Under the pieces are notes generated by a model that ran no database searches, was not told the DNA's origin, and saw only the letters and a list, made by a program, of their open reading frames with translations. The translations under genes were made by a program, and so were the position numbers. Of a stretch of DNA of 64,000 bases, positions 1 through 9,567 are shown piece after piece. How positions within the stretch are numbered: position 1 is the stretch's first letter; every line of letters begins with the position of its first letter. This DNA comes from a virus, in the IMG/VR virus record IMGVR_UViG_3300040758_000113. One strand, given 5' to 3'.

Positions 1-127
1 CTTAATGAATGAGGATAGCATCATTCCTCCGGGAGAGCGGGAGCCGCTGTATGAGTTGGCACAAGAGGTGGTGGATGCTCCCGGTGGTGACCCCACGGAA
101 TGAAAATCCGAACTATTGGATTAATTA

Positions 128-880
128 GTGGGGGATACGGTAATGAACAACGGAAAATACCATCGTGAGGATTTAACTGGACAACAATTTGGGTGGTGGA
201 CGGTGGGGGAACGTCAACCCGTAGGTTCAAGTCACTCGGGAGTAGTTTATAAATGCAGGTGCAAATGTGGCACTGAAAAGCTGGTGTCCGCTAGTGTCCT
301 CCATCAAGGGGTATCTACAAGCTGCGGATGCAGGCGAAAGCAGCGTATGGATTTGACTAGTAAACGTTTCGGAAAATTAGTTGTGGTAGAAAGAACCAAG
401 GCACCCCCACATTATAAAAGCAAAAATGCACAATATTGGTTATGCCGATGTGATTGTGGAAACACCTTGATTGCTACAACAGGGAATCTCAATTTTTATC
501 CCCGTAGTCAATCAGGGGGGTGTAAGGCTTGTTCACCAAGACGAAACAAATATAGGTTGGAAAAACATAAGTCTACCCCGGAATTCAGGCTGTGGGAAAA
601 AGCTAAGAGCCGTGCCAAAAAGCGGGGGATTTTATTCAACATTTCTCCAGATGACATCATCATTCCAGAGGTTTGCCCCCTCTTGGATATAAAACTTACC
701 CATAAAAAACATGGTTGGGATGGAAATACTCCCTCGTTAGATAGGAAAAACCCCTCATCCGGGTATGTTAAAAGTAATGTTTGGGTGGTGAGTTTTAGAG
801 CTAACTTGTTAAAAAATAACGCCAGCCGGAAAGAGCTTGAAAGGCTTATAGAAAGGATGAAAGCCCATGGAATCGACTGA
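128..880 (+). CDS. HNH homing endonuclease (HNH_3-like C-terminus, two Cys-rich N-terminal repeats)
   Basis: C-terminal LDRKNPSSGYVKSNVWVVSFRAN motif; tandem YKCRCKCG / YWLCRCDCG zinc-finger-like repeats. Confidence 0.7.
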   Translation: MGDTVMNNGKYHREDLTGQQFGWWTVGERQPVGSSHSGVVYKCRCKCGTEKLVSASVLHQGVSTSCGCRRKQRMDLTSKRFGKLVVVERTKAPPHYKSKNAQYWLCRCDCGNTLIATTGNLNFYPRSQSGGCKACSPRRNKYRLEKHKSTPEFRLWEKAKSRAKKRGILFNISPDDIIIPEVCPLLDIKLTHKKHGWDGNTPSLDRKNPSSGYVKSNVWVVSFRANLLKNNASRKELERLIERMKAHGID

Positions 881-1838
881 AATTTATGACCGAGTAGCGG
901 TAAGTTTTTCAGAGAAGGTTAATGAGGTATTTGAGTCTGAACAAACCCTCAAGGATTGGTTTTTAAAACACTTTTCTAACCTTACCTTTGACCGAACAAA
1001 TAACTGGGGTGGTCTTATTTACCTGCTTTTTAGAGATTCTTGGCTGGAGGCCGGGCCAGAAGTTAAGGCGGAGCCGACCGGCTATGACCGGAGTGTAGTT
1101 CTCAAGAAGCTCACAACCCTGCTGGACTACAACCTCTTCACACAGGTGATGCTCAACCTGCAATCGTATGTTGGCATGGCATACCAAGCTTTGAGCGCCG
1201 AACAGGACCTCAAGACCATGGAAGAGTGGTGGAAGAACAACAAGCGTAGCCCCTTCATGCCGGGGTCGAAAATGGTGAAGCTTTCCGCCAACATGACGAC
1301 GGAGGATGAGAAGTTCAATCAGGACCTCAGCACCATCCGGTCATTGAAAATCATCGCCAACTTTACCCCCAACCTTTCATGGCGGGTCAGCCCCAAGGGC
1401 AGCACCCCGGCGCTGGTGGACAGCAATAATGTCAGCAGCCTTGGTATCGGGGCGGACAGGTATCTTAAGGTGATGCCCGGCCTGCGGGCCTCTTATGTCT
1501 TTTGGGGGCCGGGGAGCGGGCCGACCATGGCAACTATTCCCCCGGCGTCTTCTGACCACATCACTTTCCAAGCGGAAGGTATTCCCTATGTGTTCCGTTC
1601 CAAGTCGGGCGGAGAAATCCTCAATCAAGTTCTGTTCTCCCGCCGTATGGCCTACAACATTTTCTGTGCTCACGATGTGGCAAACGAGACGTGCATCATC
1701 GTCCCGAGAATGAGTTCCATCCTCGTGGTGCATGACGACAACAGTTACAACTTACGCCATGCTATCGAGCCTTATTTGGATGGTGGTGTGATTCAGTTGG
1801 CAGAGGGGTCAAGAAGTGACCCCGCTTCAAAGGAGTAG
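867..1838 (+). CDS. hypothetical protein (323 aa)
   Basis: long ORF, ATG overlapping upstream stop (coupled). Confidence 0.6.
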   Translation: MESTEIYDRVAVSFSEKVNEVFESEQTLKDWFLKHFSNLTFDRTNNWGGLIYLLFRDSWLEAGPEVKAEPTGYDRSVVLKKLTTLLDYNLFTQVMLNLQSYVGMAYQALSAEQDLKTMEEWWKNNKRSPFMPGSKMVKLSANMTTEDEKFNQDLSTIRSLKIIANFTPNLSWRVSPKGSTPALVDSNNVSSLGIGADRYLKVMPGLRASYVFWGPGSGPTMATIPPASSDHITFQAEGIPYVFRSKSGGEILNQVLFSRRMAYNIFCAHDVANETCIIVPRMSSILVVHDDNSYNLRHAIEPYLDGGVIQLAEGSRSDPASKE

Positions 1839-1841
1839 CCT

Positions 1842-2153
1842 GTGCCTGTAGCCAAGAACAGAAAGTGCGGGCTTTTTATTAAGGGAAAAATCTGTGGCAA
1901 GCCCGCCTATAACATAGAGGGAAACTGGTTTCCTCTACAGGGTTGGGGACAACTCTGGTTCTACTGCGATGAGCATTGGGCTGTCCGTAACAAACTACGA
2001 CGTATCCTCGGTCAAGGGTACGCCCATGCCGTCGCCGTCTTGAACTACTGCTCCCTCGGGAGCGGCTACAATCGCCAGGGTGGTCTCCTAGCTCTGCTCT
2101 TTGTAAGCAGTGGCCTTTACGTTGATGAGCGGCTGGGTTGCAACCGCCGATGA
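1842..2153 (+). CDS. hypothetical Cys-containing protein
   Basis: GTG start 8 nt after AAGGAG; converges on and overlaps minus-strand gene by ~66 nt. Confidence 0.3.
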   Translation: MPVAKNRKCGLFIKGKICGKPAYNIEGNWFPLQGWGQLWFYCDEHWAVRNKLRRILGQGYAHAVAVLNYCSLGSGYNRQGGLLALLFVSSGLYVDERLGCNRR

Positions 2154-2453
2154 TTTGGTGGTCTTGCTGTGGGTGTGTTCCACACCCATTTGACAATACT
2201 GACAATCCGGGAATTTTTCCACCCTCTTTATTTCCGGCTTGATTTCCACGAACACCGGGCACTCATAGACCGGCGTGGTCATGCCATGCTTGACACAGTA
2301 TTCATAAAGCTCCTGCTCCTTGGGGCAGTTTTCCGGGGTCCCCGGCTTGAAGGAGGCGCACTTGAAGCACAGACAGTTGCCCCGGTGCGTTCCCTTGAGC
2401 CGGTCTTCCACAAACACCTTTACTCCGTGATGCTCGTACTGAACGATTGCCAT
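2088..2453 (-). CDS. hypothetical Cys-rich protein (121 aa)
   Basis: ORF with multiple CxxC-like pairs. Confidence 0.5.
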   Translation of the reverse strand: MAIVQYEHHGVKVFVEDRLKGTHRGNCLCFKCASFKPGTPENCPKEQELYEYCVKHGMTTPVYECPVFVEIKPEIKRVEKFPDCQYCQMGVEHTHSKTTKSSAVATQPLINVKATAYKEQS

Positions 2454-2521
2454 TATTTTCTCGCTTTCTTTGCTTTCTTCTCGGCGGTCCGCAGCTTCTT
2501 AATGCCGACTTCCTCAATTTT

Positions 2522-2788
2522 CTATCCAGCGGCAATGCAGGCATCGACCTTCTTCTTGATTTGCTCTTCCGGTCCCCACCAGCATTCGCCGCCCCACACG
2601 GTGTTTCCATTGTCTAGCTTGATGCGGGGGTTGGTGACTTCGGCCTCGTGGCACATCTGAGCAAAACCCCCGGCCCCGGCTGGGGGAACGAAGTCTCCCT
2701 CGTACACGCCGTACCCGAAAAATTTCAGGATTTTGGTCTTTTCATCACCACTGCAAATTGCTCCTACCCGTATACCTACTTCCCTCAT
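2522..2788 (-). CDS. hypothetical protein (start moved to MREVGIRV, ATGA overlap with upstream gene)
   Basis: ATGA translational coupling with 2785..4338. Confidence 0.5.
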   Translation of the reverse strand: MREVGIRVGAICSGDEKTKILKFFGYGVYEGDFVPPAGAGGFAQMCHEAEVTNPRIKLDNGNTVWGGECWWGPEEQIKKKVDACIAAG

Positions 2789-4338
2789 TTTGCCTCCTCG
2801 GTGGGTTCGTCTTTCTTCTTTTGCTCGTAGACTTCCTTGAGGAGACAAGGGTCACCGGGTTTGCCGCCGCCGAGGACCGTCTCCTTGACAACCTGCACAG
2901 TGGGTTTACCATAGTAGCCGAGCCGGTTGGCTTGGTCCATGTATTCCCAGTACTTCTTTTCGTCCAACTCGAACTCCGGGTCCGTGAACATGGGAGTGAG
3001 GATGGAGTTCAACCGGCGCATGTTGAGTTTCTCTTCCTCGGTCTTACCATTCTCTCCCCGTTCTTCCGCCCCTACCCAAATAAGAAACAGTTCCGCCTTG
3101 ATGGGGTTGCGGAGGATGGACTCCAATACAGCGGCGTGGGGGTCAAGGTCGGTTTCCACAGCCGGTTCGGTTTCTTGATTGATAGGTTCGAGCTTGCCGG
3201 ATTGCAGGTCCCGGCAGTCTTCGAGCGCATCCTCGGAGGCACGAGCAAGTTGTTCCCTTAACCGGTCCTCATAGGGCCTTCTTGTTACGCCGCTTAAATA
3301 GGTCATCAAATTCATGACCAGAGGGACCTTCTCGTCAGGCCAGTCAGACTGATAGACCATGCGGAGCATGTGGTCCCGTTCAAAATCGGTGAGCCGGGGG
3401 TCAGGTAGTGACCGCAGTTGTGCCACGATTCCCACCTGCTTCAAAATCTTTGCCGCCGTGGCTCGCATGGTTGCCCGGTAAGTCAGCGCCTTCTCCAAGA
3501 TGTCGGCTTCGAGGAAGACCTTGGGTTTTTCATCCTCTGTAGCCCCGGTGGTTATATCCCCGGTTTCGAGTTCGATGAAGGCGTCCACTAATGGCGTGGG
3601 TGTGTAGTCGGCGATAAGCCCCAAGAGGTCCGCCCGGAACAAGTCGAATAACCGTCTTGCCAATGGATTGGGGCTGCCTCCCTGTGAGAAGTAGTTGGGG
3701 CATTCCCGTCTAATGAACGCCCACAGGAAGTCGTCGGAGGCATCTTTAAGCTGCCGGGGGTCCTTGACCCATGCTACCAATTGAGAGTCGGCGTTGATGA
3801 CCAGACCCTCTTGTTTCTCGCTACAGGTGCATTTCAGGTCTGGTTCGGGCTTCGGGACTTCCCACTTGTTGGCGGCGAGCATATCCGGGTAGAGCCGGAA
3901 ATTCCATAGACGCACGGGGCAGGTTTCGTTGGGGTGGGCAATGATGGTATGGAAATACCGGCCTTCCCCAAGGATTTCCGTGTATTCTTCCAAGTCCGCC
4001 GTGGTGATGGATACGAAGATACCATCCGCTGTCATGTACTGGCGTCCAATGCTGGCGTTGCCGCCGAATACTGCTTTGCGCTCGGTGAGGAACAGGTTCT
4101 CAATCTTCTGGAAACGAGGGTCGTGAATCATCTCCCACGTCTGTCCGAGGGTATCCACGTAGCCCTTGTCGCCAAATACCAGTTGGTCCAACATCTGGCA
4201 GTACTGGTACTCTTCTTTCTGCACATCACCTTCGATGAAACGATAGATGCGCTTGGCATCATCAGCTATACCCAATAATTTTTGAATCGACCGGTCCATT
4301 ATGCCTCTCTCTACTTCCGTTCCATATTGGTTGTCCAT
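2785..4338 (-). CDS. hypothetical protein (517 aa)
   Basis: long ORF; no motif recognised; true start may be an internal Met because of overlap with 4262..5320. Confidence 0.6.
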   Translation of the reverse strand: MDNQYGTEVERGIMDRSIQKLLGIADDAKRIYRFIEGDVQKEEYQYCQMLDQLVFGDKGYVDTLGQTWEMIHDPRFQKIENLFLTERKAVFGGNASIGRQYMTADGIFVSITTADLEEYTEILGEGRYFHTIIAHPNETCPVRLWNFRLYPDMLAANKWEVPKPEPDLKCTCSEKQEGLVINADSQLVAWVKDPRQLKDASDDFLWAFIRRECPNYFSQGGSPNPLARRLFDLFRADLLGLIADYTPTPLVDAFIELETGDITTGATEDEKPKVFLEADILEKALTYRATMRATAAKILKQVGIVAQLRSLPDPRLTDFERDHMLRMVYQSDWPDEKVPLVMNLMTYLSGVTRRPYEDRLREQLARASEDALEDCRDLQSGKLEPINQETEPAVETDLDPHAAVLESILRNPIKAELFLIWVGAEERGENGKTEEEKLNMRRLNSILTPMFTDPEFELDEKKYWEYMDQANRLGYYGKPTVQVVKETVLGGGKPGDPCLLKEVYEQKKKDEPTEEAK

Positions 4339-5320
4339 CCTCGTCCCATGCGATGGTCCATCCCAACTCTTTGAGTACGGAAGTTATCTTGTCTCTTACG
4401 TGATTTAATTCCAGCCTTGTGGCACAGGCGTCAGCGAGCCGTCTTACTCCCGTCACTTCTTCTTTACCTACAGCGTGTGCGTGGCGGCATTGGTCCCTGA
4501 TATCCTCCAAACCCGGCAACTTCTCGCCAACGAGGACCCGGAGACGACCCATTTCGGCACTGCTCTTGTCCACCTTGGATGCCAAAGCATTCAAATCCGG
4601 GTGGACCTTTTCCAACTCGTGTACCTTGCCCTCCAGACGGGTAAGCCGCTCCTCCGGGGTTTCCTGTGTTGCATTCGGTCCCCATCTCTTCTTGGGGTGT
4701 CGTTTGTCCCACTCTTCCATTACCGCCTTGATGCATACCTTAAAGCAGGTCTCCCACGTTGCCGTCTCGAAGTTGACTACAGTGTTGCCTGATGCACGGC
4801 AGCTATCGAATGCTTGCCGGATAGCCCGCTCGCTCTCCCAGACGCAAATCCACGCCAGTGCATCCACGAGGGTGGTTTCCCCGCAGGCACGTTCGGTAGC
4901 TTCGATGAGACTCAAGTGGTCTATCATATTATCGGCTAACTCCGCCGTTTTCTTCTCCTCATCTGTGGGGTTCGGGCTATCCCCCGCACAATCAAGCTGA
5001 GAACAACGTCTTGCCATTAAGGTGAGACGTTGCTCCACTTCTTCCATGCAGCAGGATTGCGCTTTTTCTTGCAGAAGGGTGAGAAGGTCTTTGATGGGAA
5101 ATTTCTTAGGAATGTCGGTGAAAATAGTGCTTAGTCCCAGAACCACGCCGCTGGCGTACCCCGGCATTTCTCCGGGTTGATGCGGGTGGTGGTAACCCAT
5201 GGCGAGGAATTCAGCATCCCATGTCAATGACTCGAACTCAAATAGCCGGTCCCACCGGGCGTGGATAATCTGGTCGGTGTCGAAGTCCGACCGGTGAACC
5301 ATCACGGGAGTAAGTTTCAT
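4262..5320 (-). CDS. hypothetical protein (352 aa)
   Basis: long ORF. Confidence 0.6.
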   Translation of the reverse strand: MKLTPVMVHRSDFDTDQIIHARWDRLFEFESLTWDAEFLAMGYHHPHQPGEMPGYASGVVLGLSTIFTDIPKKFPIKDLLTLLQEKAQSCCMEEVEQRLTLMARRCSQLDCAGDSPNPTDEEKKTAELADNMIDHLSLIEATERACGETTLVDALAWICVWESERAIRQAFDSCRASGNTVVNFETATWETCFKVCIKAVMEEWDKRHPKKRWGPNATQETPEERLTRLEGKVHELEKVHPDLNALASKVDKSSAEMGRLRVLVGEKLPGLEDIRDQCRHAHAVGKEEVTGVRRLADACATRLELNHVRDKITSVLKELGWTIAWDEDGQPIWNGSRERHNGPVDSKIIGYS

Positions 5321-5371
5321 AAAGAATAATACTGGGATTTTTCCAATTTTTGTGTATTATTTATACAGCCG

Positions 5372-5968
5372 TCAATCATCGTCCGGCTTGACTTTGTAGT
5401 GTTCTTCTCCATGGCAATTTTTACATAGTGGTTCTAGGTTATCGGGATTGTTACTTCCCCCATCTACAACATAAATTTTGTGGTGAAGTTCGATATTATA
5501 GGGTTTGTCATACTTACATCGAACACAAATAAGGGCAGCCTTGCCGAACTGACGAACCCACTTTAATCTAAGACTAGCTCGATTAGTAATGACACCCCAA
5601 TCCATGCGTTGTCCAACATTTTTGCACTGTTTTGAACAATAGTTCTTCTTTCTTTTTCGGAAACGAATGGCCGATTTATATCGTTTATATGATTTCCCAC
5701 AGATGCAACACTTAAATTCAACTTTACCTCGACAGTTGGGGCAATAGTGGTTTTTTATCCTATCAGTTGGCATCCCGACCTTGATGAAGTAGTTTTTGCA
5801 TACGGAACACCCCACTGTGTGGGTCTTTACAGTTAATTCCCGCCGACATTTTTTACTGCAAAAGTGCCTCTGATTCCTACGTTTTAACCACGTTTGTATC
5901 CGATTTTCAGACTTTGAAAACGTTTTGTTGCAACCACTACAAATTACGTCAGGCATAATCACCCCCAC
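5372..5968 (-). CDS. HNH endonuclease with repeated Zn-ribbon modules
   Basis: HHKIYVVDGGSNNPDNLEPLCKNCH motif; CxxC...YCSxxC repeats. Confidence 0.75.
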   Translation of the reverse strand: MGVIMPDVICSGCNKTFSKSENRIQTWLKRRNQRHFCSKKCRRELTVKTHTVGCSVCKNYFIKVGMPTDRIKNHYCPNCRGKVEFKCCICGKSYKRYKSAIRFRKRKKNYCSKQCKNVGQRMDWGVITNRASLRLKWVRQFGKAALICVRCKYDKPYNIELHHKIYVVDGGSNNPDNLEPLCKNCHGEEHYKVKPDDD

Positions 5969-6126
5969 TATATGAAAGTCATAGTCAACGTATATTTTGT
6001 TTGTAGAGTATTTTATAGTGGAGGGTTACGCCAAGGAAAATCACCTTGACCCCACCAGCCGAGAGTACGCCTTGACGGGCATATCCACGGCGAAGTCCAA
6101 CGCCATTTCGTTACGGGAGGCACAGA

Positions 6127-6450
6127 ATGCGGAAATCAGCACCGGTAAAAAAACCAAAGCTGGTAGGAAAGCCAGCGTCACAGTATAAGCTGCTGGACGT
6201 GATACGAGCCGCCCTCGATTGCCGCAGCCATTTCGGCGATGTCAAGATTGTTCAATCGAAAGAGGACAAGCGGGACGGATTTCTTGTTGGTGAGAGTGCC
6301 ACAGTCATCTGCGGTCTGTGCGTGGACCGGATGTGGGAGGCGCTGGGGCTGGAGAAGAGTGAACACATCCCCCAGCATGGGGAGTATTTCAACTTGCTGT
6401 GGGAGGCGAAGCAACGTGCCAGCAGCGCTCGCAAAAATCGAAAAGAGTAG
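6127..6450 (+). CDS. hypothetical protein (107 aa)
   Basis: GGGAGG RBS 7 nt upstream of ATG. Confidence 0.5.
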   Translation: MRKSAPVKKPKLVGKPASQYKLLDVIRAALDCRSHFGDVKIVQSKEDKRDGFLVGESATVICGLCVDRMWEALGLEKSEHIPQHGEYFNLLWEAKQRASSARKNRKE

Positions 6451-6808
6451 TTGGCTGTGTTCCATCTGCCCGGAACCGGGAGCTTGTTGTCGCAGGTTTT
6501 GCCTGCCTTTCCATGAGAAAGACCCGGTCATCCCCGAGACTTTCTGGAAAGTTTCCATGTTTGAAGATGGGCAGGCGATGCTGACCGCTGCCGGGATGCC
6601 TTTTAAGGTGGGAGGGATAGAGGAGGAGTTTCAATCCAAGGAGGGGGAAATTGTGAAGCTTTGGTACTACTGCCCCAAGATTACCCCCGAGGGCCGATGC
6701 TCCATCTATGAGAACCGCCCCGAGTGCTGTTCGTCCTACCAACCCATGACCGACAACCTGTGTGTATTTTGGAGACCCGATGTCCCGAGAGAATTGTCCG
6801 GTACATGA
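6377..6808 (+). CDS. YkgJ/UPF0153-like putative Zn/Fe-chelating domain protein (start uncertain)
   Basis: CSICPEPGACC ... CSIYENRPECC motifs typical of CxxCxxCC family; overlaps end of previous ORF so start may be non-ATG after 6450. Confidence 0.45.
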   Translation: MGSISTCCGRRSNVPAALAKIEKSSWLCSICPEPGACCRRFCLPFHEKDPVIPETFWKVSMFEDGQAMLTAAGMPFKVGGIEEEFQSKEGEIVKLWYYCPKITPEGRCSIYENRPECCSSYQPMTDNLCVFWRPDVPRELSGT

Positions 6809-7049
6809 CGTAACCTGCTGGCAATGCGGATGGAAATTGTACCGGTGTTCCCGCTGCCGGGGATGCTATCAGTGTGAGCATGAGGTACTGTACGAAAATG
6901 GCGTGTGGATTTGGCTTTGCCGGGACAATCGCAAGCGCCCGGCGATATGTGAAGAGTGCGGATGTGGGCAGCAAAAACAGACCCAGCCTATCCTAACCGG
7001 TTGGAAATTTCCCACCCCTATTATGCAAGATTGGCCGGTTAAATTCTGA
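6780..7049 (+). CDS. hypothetical Cys-rich protein
   Basis: CWQCGW..CSRCRGCYQCEH..CEECGCG. Confidence 0.4.
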   Translation: MSRENCPVHDVTCWQCGWKLYRCSRCRGCYQCEHEVLYENGVWIWLCRDNRKRPAICEECGCGQQKQTQPILTGWKFPTPIMQDWPVKF

Positions 7050-7158
7050 TGAAAATTAGCCGGTTTTCTTTACACCAAAATTAACAACTACCCACCCCTT
7101 TAGTGAATCCGCCAGAGGATGCGGTCCCTATCCTCTAATTCAAACCACAGGAGGAATT

Positions 7159-7467
7159 ATGGCTTCAATTATGATAGAGGTAGACCTCTGGGAAGGCACC
7201 ATGACGGTCATGAGTGATGCTGAACTGGAGGAGTTGGATGAGGTGACCGAAGGTGAAGAGGTTGCCGAGGTTGAAGAAGTAGCCGAAGACGGTGAAGTCT
7301 CCGCCGACGTGGAAGTGGATGGAGAGACCGAAGAGTTCGCCGAAGAAGAGGATGAAATCGAAGCCGAGCAGGCGGAGATTGACGCTGAGCAGGCGGAACT
7401 GAACGAGCGGCAGGAAGAGCTTGACGCACGCCGGGCTGACTTCGAGGACCGCCTCAACAATGCGTAA
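7159..7467 (+). CDS. highly acidic protein (102 aa, Asp/Glu-rich, coiled-coil C-terminus)
   Basis: AGGAGG RBS; about 45% D/E; followed by strong hairpin. Confidence 0.7.
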   Translation: MASIMIEVDLWEGTMTVMSDAELEELDEVTEGEEVAEVEEVAEDGEVSADVEVDGETEEFAEEEDEIEAEQAEIDAEQAELNERQEELDARRADFEDRLNNA

Positions 7468-7474
7468 CTGACAT

Positions 7475-7500
7475 CCCCGGAGGGCAGCCTCCGGGGTTTC
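7475..7500. terminator. bidirectional stem-loop between convergent genes
   Basis: CCCCGGAGG-GCAG-CCTCCGGGG followed by TTT. Confidence 0.5.
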
Positions 7501-7509
7501 AGCTTGGCG

Positions 7510-7902
7510 TTATAGCTCTACAAATTCAATGTCTAAGACGTAGTAGGAAATGAGTGGGAGAGTTCCCGTTACTGTGATGAATCCCTCGTCCAGTTCCGGT
7601 TCTTCTTCAAGGTAATCGAACGGGTTGTATCCAGAGATGGTTTCGGCCCCGATGATTTCGACCAACTTGTCAATGAACGCCGGGTCGTCGGACTTCACTG
7701 TGAAGTCTTCCTTTTTCAGCGTCCCAAAAATTTCCGAATGCTTGCCGAGAATTTCCCCGAAGTAAACTTCCTTGCCGAGGGACTTCTCGATTTTTTCCTT
7801 GGTGGTGACGAACAAGCCTTCAACATCGCCCATCCGTTCTTCATCCCAAAAGAATGAAACCAGTACCCTGTGCTCCGACTCAGCGTCCTTCTTTTTGCTC
7901 AT
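7510..7902 (-). CDS. hypothetical protein (start at MSKKKD, GGAGAG RBS)
   Basis: RBS-supported internal Met of ORF 7510..8025. Confidence 0.55.
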   Translation of the reverse strand: MSKKKDAESEHRVLVSFFWDEERMGDVEGLFVTTKEKIEKSLGKEVYFGEILGKHSEIFGTLKKEDFTVKSDDPAFIDKLVEIIGAETISGYNPFDYLEEEPELDEGFITVTGTLPLISYYVLDIEFVEL

Positions 7903-7937
7903 GGCTCTCCAGTCTTCTGCTGCAAACTTGGAACTCC

Positions 7938-8327
7938 CTATGGACATGGGTTGGTTTTGATGTCCAGCAACTCCGGGGGAAGCTCGGGGTCGGTATAAAA
8001 TAGAATGGCTCCGTTTTTTCCCCAAAAATCCAGAACTTTAAGCAACTTCCCCACGAGTTCGGGATGGGTTGGATTGTACCACCTGTCCGGTCCAATGTTG
8101 ACCCAAACAATCTTACGTTGCTGGTCTCCCGGTACAAGGTCAAAGAGGAAGCGTTCCCCGACAATAACAATAACATCCGACCAATCGAACAGCACTCGCT
8201 TGGTAGCCTCGGAGGTGTATCCCAATCCTACTGATAGAACGTCTCGCTGACCATGGTTCAGCTTTAGCAGCATAGCCAACGATACCGACCTGCTGTTTCC
8301 ACCGTAGTAGCAGCAAAGAATCCTCAT
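7938..8327 (-). CDS. hypothetical protein with CX6R P-loop-like motif (ILCCYYGGNSRS)
   Basis: resembles but does not exactly match LMW-PTP/ArsC CX5R loop. Confidence 0.45.
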   Translation of the reverse strand: MRILCCYYGGNSRSVSLAMLLKLNHGQRDVLSVGLGYTSEATKRVLFDWSDVIVIVGERFLFDLVPGDQQRKIVWVNIGPDRWYNPTHPELVGKLLKVLDFWGKNGAILFYTDPELPPELLDIKTNPCP

Positions 8328-8536
8328 GCGGTCTCCAATCCCTCCGGGCGACCCTTCGTCCAGGTCTTCGCCACGGGGTACTGGATTACCCGCCCTCCAG
8401 GGTAGACCTTGTACAGCCACTCCGGGCGGTCGTCTACCTGCGCCCATACGACACGCCCGAGGTTCTCCGAGTGCCCCTTGGCATCGTTCAAGGAGGCTAC
8501 GACCCTCACGTTTCGCTTATCGCAATCGAGCAGCAT
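8324..8536 (-). CDS. hypothetical small protein
   Basis: coupled (ATGA) to downstream gene. Confidence 0.3.
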   Translation of the reverse strand: MLLDCDKRNVRVVASLNDAKGHSENLGRVVWAQVDDRPEWLYKVYPGGRVIQYPVAKTWTKGRPEGLETA

Positions 8537-8636
8537 ATGGTGTTCCTTGGGAATTGGAAGGGGAACCGGGAGTCCAACCCGGATTGCCCGTTTAGAAGAC
8601 GGGTGCCTTTTGCGTTAGACGATTCCCCCGTAAATT

Positions 8637-8726
8637 TGGTACCCCCGGCAGGACTCGAACCTGCGATGCCTTTCGGCATAGACAGTTTAGGAAACTGTTG
8701 CGATGTCCATCTCCGCTCACGGGGGC
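8637..8726 (-). tRNA. type-II (long variable arm) tRNA-like gene; anticodon loop read by hand as UUCCUAA (CCU)
   Basis: encoded CCA, GCAGG-TTCGAGT-CCTGC T-arm, paired acceptor GCCCCCG/CGGGGGT, variable-arm hairpin ATGCC-GAAA-GGCAT. Confidence 0.6.
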
Positions 8727-8736
8727 GTAAACTTGT

Positions 8737-9534
8737 TTATTTCCTTCCTAGCCTCCAACCATCACAGAGGCGGTTAATAACTTCGGATGCCGCAATTTTG
8801 ATTGCTACGCCATCTTTACATAACCAGCGCACAGGTGGTCTTTTTCTATTAGCTTCCCTCAAGGCTGCTATTACATGCACCGGTCGTGGTTTCCCACGCT
8901 TTGCCTTGGCTATTTTTTCACCAAAGCCTTCTGGCATTTTTTTGCCTTTATTCCAAGCCGAGGTTCTTCCTTTTAATGCTTCCCGCATTTTTTGCTTACT
9001 GGTATCGGAGTGTTTCCAGCCAGACTTGTGGGGAGCTTGTGGTTTTCCAGCTCTTCTCCTGTTTGATTCTGCAACAGCCTTTCTAGTGCTTTCTGGGACT
9101 GAGTGTCCCCTTTGGGAGGCACTCATCCTTTGTCTAGTCTGCTCTGAACAATGCTTACCAAACATTGGATTTCTTTCGCCTTTGTTCGCCTCTTTGAATT
9201 TTTGACGAGTAGCCTCATTCGCAACTACCCCTCCGCCTCCAAGAGTTGAGTTGTATCCATATTCAGGGTCGCACGCCTTAAACTTTTCAATATAGGAGAC
9301 CTCAAGGGTATCCAATTCTTCTTTGGAGAAGGCAACATTTATACGATAGGCTTTGAAGCTACCTTCTCCATATTTTCGGATGGCATTATAGAAGTATGCA
9401 CAATTTGTCCCACCCGCTTTGGCTCTCCTACAATGAGCCAGCCATCGCTCGTGCAGGGTTCTTATGGTTTGCCCGATATATACCTTGTTGTTGACTTGGT
9501 TTACGATAATGTATACTTCCCCATATGGCTCCAC
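8737..9534 (-). CDS. GIY-YIG homing endonuclease
   Basis: VYIIVNQVNNKVYIGQT N-terminus; basic repeat-rich C-terminus. Confidence 0.8.
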   Translation of the reverse strand: MEPYGEVYIIVNQVNNKVYIGQTIRTLHERWLAHCRRAKAGGTNCAYFYNAIRKYGEGSFKAYRINVAFSKEELDTLEVSYIEKFKACDPEYGYNSTLGGGGVVANEATRQKFKEANKGERNPMFGKHCSEQTRQRMSASQRGHSVPESTRKAVAESNRRRAGKPQAPHKSGWKHSDTSKQKMREALKGRTSAWNKGKKMPEGFGEKIAKAKRGKPRPVHVIAALREANRKRPPVRWLCKDGVAIKIAASEVINRLCDGWRLGRK

Positions 9535-9567
9535 TTAAACTCTCCTTCAATGAATGGGGTAAGTAGT

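Noticed and set aside
2169-2660. 163-aa plus-strand ORF and the 1879-2262 / 2302-2610 minus-strand frames
   Set aside because: They overlap better-supported minus-strand genes 2088-2453 and 2522-2788, and the translations are low complexity.
2785-4338. Possibility that the 517-aa protein is a Ro60/TROVE-like vault-RNA-binding partner (similar length)
   Set aside because: No vWA MIDAS motif (DxSxS) and no recognisable TROVE features. Left as hypothetical.
8471-9205. 244-aa plus-strand ORF
   Set aside because: It overlaps a minus-strand tRNA and is antisense to the GIY-YIG gene 8737-9534.
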